A DNA stretch of 64,000 nucleotides from Amoebophrya sp. A120 (taxonomy: Eukaryota > Protista > Dinoflagellata): the NCBI GenBank assembly GCA_905178155.1, contig CAJINV010000025.1:102453-166452 (forward strand), read 5' to 3'. Below, one piece after another: positions 60,982 through 64,000 of this stretch; position 1 is the first letter of the stretch, and every line of letters begins with the position of its first letter. Under the pieces are notes generated by a model. That model was not told where the DNA came from. It made no database searches and saw only the letters and a list, made by a program, of their open reading frames with translations. A program made the position numbers and the translations under genes.

Positions 60982-61520
60982 TACCACCATTGCCAGCAAC
61001 TCCACACGTTGTTCACGAGGCCGTCTTTGCCTTCCGCCACCGCTATCCAAAGTTTGACGCGCTCTACTTCCTCTTCCGGGCTGCTGCTTCGCGCATCCTC
61101 ACCTTACCCGGTTTTCTGTGCCTTCCAGACGTTGAGGCGCTCCATTGTCACCGATGTCGAAACCGCCAGTCGCGGCGGGAAAAACCGGCCGCTGGAAAGC
61201 TGGGAAGAGGTGGAAAAGCACCACCTGAAAATTCCCACGCTGGACAACTACAAGCGGCCGAAAAACGCCCCGCTGCCGACGGAACTGACGAGAGCCGATT
61301 ACCATCAGTTCATGCGGGGAAAGCCGCGTCGGTGGCAGCAGCAAACGGTTTGTCCGGCGGTAGGCGCGGCGTTGATCTGCTTCACGTTTTGCGAGATGGC
61401 CTACGCCATGTTCAAACTGAAACCGGACGACTTCGATTGGATCGAGGAGGAGAGAGCACGCGCCAGAGCCGCCCGAGAGCGGATCGACCTCGAATTGCGG
61501 AGGCGCGAAAAGGAATCGAA
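60982..61520 (+). CDS. partial mitochondrial-type membrane protein, Coa3-like; both ends unresolved
   Basis: S/R/L-rich presequence-like start, TM AVGAALICFTFCEMAYAMF followed by KLKPDDF; N at 61521. Confidence 0.45.
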
Positions 61521-61588
61521 NGTTCTAACGCCCAGGTATTGGCAGAGGCTAAATCTGTTCTAACGCCGACCCGCCAGGAGTTAAATGG

Positions 61589-61619
<31 letters not shown>

Positions 61620-61620
<1 letters not shown>

Positions 61621-61733
61621 GCATGACAGAAAAAAACGTCTCTTGGGCAATGTGCATGACAGATTTAGGAGTCATGCCAGACAAGCATGACAAACATGCA
61701 TTCTTCCAGACCCAGACATTTTTACAGTTGATA
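61620..61733. mobile_element. right half of family A element following a (TAC)n run
   Basis: Right TIR only. Confidence 0.7.
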
Positions 61734-62668
61734 GTGGAAAGATACGTGTCATAATATGCTTGATTTTTGCGGATCATAATGTGGGTGTAGGTGTTTCCTC
61801 GGTTGCATGAAGTTTTTTTTGCCCAGCTGAAGTGGTATCTAGTACACGAACTACTTTGCGGCTTCTGCTATGCGTGAACAGTTTCGACACGAGAGATAGA
61901 TCGCGGCCAGTTACTTTTGCAAAGATGACACGTTCATCTCTTTTTGTTTCATATTTTACCCGAGCTGTTTGACCGAGCGTTGCTGGTCACGCATGGCAAA
62001 TTTCTTGACGGTATTATATCTACGATCTTAACGGATGCTCATGCATCACAGATTTTGCTCGTGTGTTGATACAACTAGAACTTAGTACAAGGTTAGCAAC
62101 GTCACAACTTCGAGACCGAAATGAATTTGCATTGCGTACGGGACATCAAATGAATGACAACAACTGGTTTTAGACTCTGAGCAATAAAACAACAATGCTT
62201 CAGGTTTGCTGAAAAAGTTGCTGAACGTACAAGAAACCGAGGACCACAATATGGCAAAAGCAAAAAACAGCTCTCCACGACCAGACTAGTAGAAGCAAGT
62301 AGGTTCAAAAACCGTCGACGTCGTATCTTTCCGTTGCATGTAGTTGATCCACTATTTCCTCGTGCAGAAGTTGCACAGCGCTCCTGAATCTGCTTTGCAA
62401 GCGGGCGATCATGGATCTATTAAGGACATGCGCTGTGTGTTTGTCGTGCGGAACAGATCATGCATTTTTCAGGATGACGTGTCACGAAGGAAAAGGTCGT
62501 GGGAAGAGAGATGAAACTCGCCATTCACGTTCTACTCTGTTAAGCCGTCTGGTGGCTGGGCTCTTGAAATTTCCATACACGAAACCGTTTTTCTCACCGG
62601 TGGCGCCTGTTTGAGCTGCCTGCAGATAGACGACCAAGGCCGCGTGGGTGTGGATTTTCTGAACTACC

Positions 62669-62979
62669 TATTAAAGTGAAAAATGCTCCCACCCCAGAAC
62701 TTGGCAGCGTTTGCATTGCAAACTTTTCTAGTGGAAACATTCCCCGCCTTGCCTATATCAGCATCACAAATTTCCCATGCTGAATAGCTCAAAACTGTGT
62801 TGCAAAGGAGCTCAACAGCAGGCGGATCTATTATGCAAAAGATACCTTGCGCGCGTAGATCTAGATTCTGCATCAGAAAGGCTCGCAGTCCTTTCTTGCA
62901 AGACAAAAAGCTTTCATTTGGAAACTTTGCATGAGAAACTTTTGCAAGTTCTGGGGTAGGGGCATTTTTCATTGTAATA
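62669..62979. mobile_element. family E element, TSD ctacc; host gene not resolved
   Basis: TIRs, perfect duplication. Confidence 0.9.
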
Positions 62980-63694
62980 CTACCAGCTTCTACCGCCAGA
63001 CCTCCGCACGGGCCACAAGGTCAGCGGTCTGCAGATGAGTCAGTGGGCGCCAACATGTTGAGAGCCAACGGAAAGACGAACGGGTGTTGGTGATGTAGAT
63101 GCCGCATGTTGACGTCAAGAGTGGCGGTTCGGCGTGGTAGGCTCTCCACCTGAAATAAAATGTGAGAACGTAGAATAAAAATGTTGACATCGTTGTTTTT
63201 GACTACCAAACCTTACCCGAACAGGAACTGTGTTGCAAAATTTGCTTACTTCGGACGGTTCTCCAAAACGACGAAAGCACGGCACTGCGAAACGACTGTC
63301 GGGGGAGGATTCCTTGCTTTAAGAACTGGCACGACGCTATGTTGGCTGTTGCTCGTCGTGTTCGATCCCGCTGATACTTAAGTGTTCCGTCTCCGCCGTT
63401 GTAAAGTAGTTTAATCTGATGTAAGAGCAAGAAGAAGGAAGAAGGACGGCTAGCGTGCCAGGAGTCGTGCGAGTGAAACCTGGTTTGTTGTGTGGTATCA
63501 TCTTCAGCTTGATGCATCTCTTTGCCATGAGCGAGGGCGTAGTCTGCGTCAACGTGGGGTCGTCATCATCAAGCAGGCTGGACGCAGTTTCGTTTCCGTA
63601 GTGATGCTGAAACGAACACGAACTAGTTCTATACGTAGCGAAAAATCCGCAGCAAACTAGTACCTCTATTTTTGGTTGATTAATTCCTTCTAAT

Positions 63695-63992
63695 ATGGTC
63701 TCGTCTTGCGCTTGCCCCGCACCCGCGGCCGCCTTGCCAAGCGCAGAAGGTGCAAATCCTAATTCCGCTTCGGCATCATCCCGCTCGCCGCAACACGGCG
63801 GCAACAGCACGGCTTCCCTGTGCAACTCGACTCCGCAGCACGAGGACGCCTTTTCCCTCGAACTTGAAAACGAAAACCCGATCGAGAACTCGGCCCGCCC
63901 GCGGAAGCTTTCGGACAAGAAAAAAGCGTGCCTGGTCGAGGGAAACCAATTGCAGAAGTTTCTCGCGGACATTCTGACTGCGAAACAAGGCA
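63695..63992 (+). CDS. first exon of an unknown gene; family H-like end (tatgacag) begins at 63993
   Basis: ATG ORF ending where an element terminus starts at the window edge. Confidence 0.55.
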
Positions 63993-64000
63993 TATGACAG

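Noticed and set aside
60801-61754. 317-aa ORF as the phosphatase C-terminus
   Set aside because: No phosphatase motifs; it starts and ends in element sequence and crosses an N; the alternative frame is more protein-like.
20925-61777. Many short ORFs sharing FQTQTFLHL / KCLGLE / PDPDIF peptides
   Set aside because: Translations of family A TIRs, not a protein family.
62560-63170. Gene around the family E element
   Set aside because: Every frame I tried stops soon after the join; no supportable model.
1-64000. tRNA, rRNA or dinoflagellate spliced-leader relics
   Set aside because: None recognised by eye; not excluded without a covariance-model search.

Overview
Eukaryotic genomic DNA, most likely from a syndinian dinoflagellate such as Amoebophrya. 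This is inferred from gene content, one-strand gene order and intron type; no database search was run. Layout: 1-~4080 is a 16-bp satellite with a 48-bp higher-order period. ~5.4-18.6 kb holds low-complexity orphan ORFs almost free of repeats. 19.9-64 kb holds + strand genes riddled with ~48 non-canonical introns: a GH128 glucanase pseudogene, UBE2Q-like E2, a C2H2 protein, HCF101, PEX16, an MGRN1/LOG2-type RING E3, a membrane protein, a 14-aa-repeat protein, a histidine phosphatase and a Coa3-like fragment. The introns are MITE-like introners from at least 9 TIR families. They run TA...TA and sit in a 5-bp target duplication (29 perfect pairs read by hand). Removing the element plus exactly 5 nt restored the frame at every intact genic copy I traced except one chimeric copy, even where the duplication has decayed. 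The most unusual structure is a repeat-cargo-repeat array in the GH128 gene. A 34-43 bp piece of its exon occurs four times, separating three unrelated 1.3-2.2 kb DNA fragments; one fragment is a diverged copy of the neighbouring E2 locus with a different intron set. A second 3.0-kb cargo with a perfect 40-bp duplication sits inside an introner at 56.4-59.5 kb. Gene models were spliced by hand and lack transcript support.
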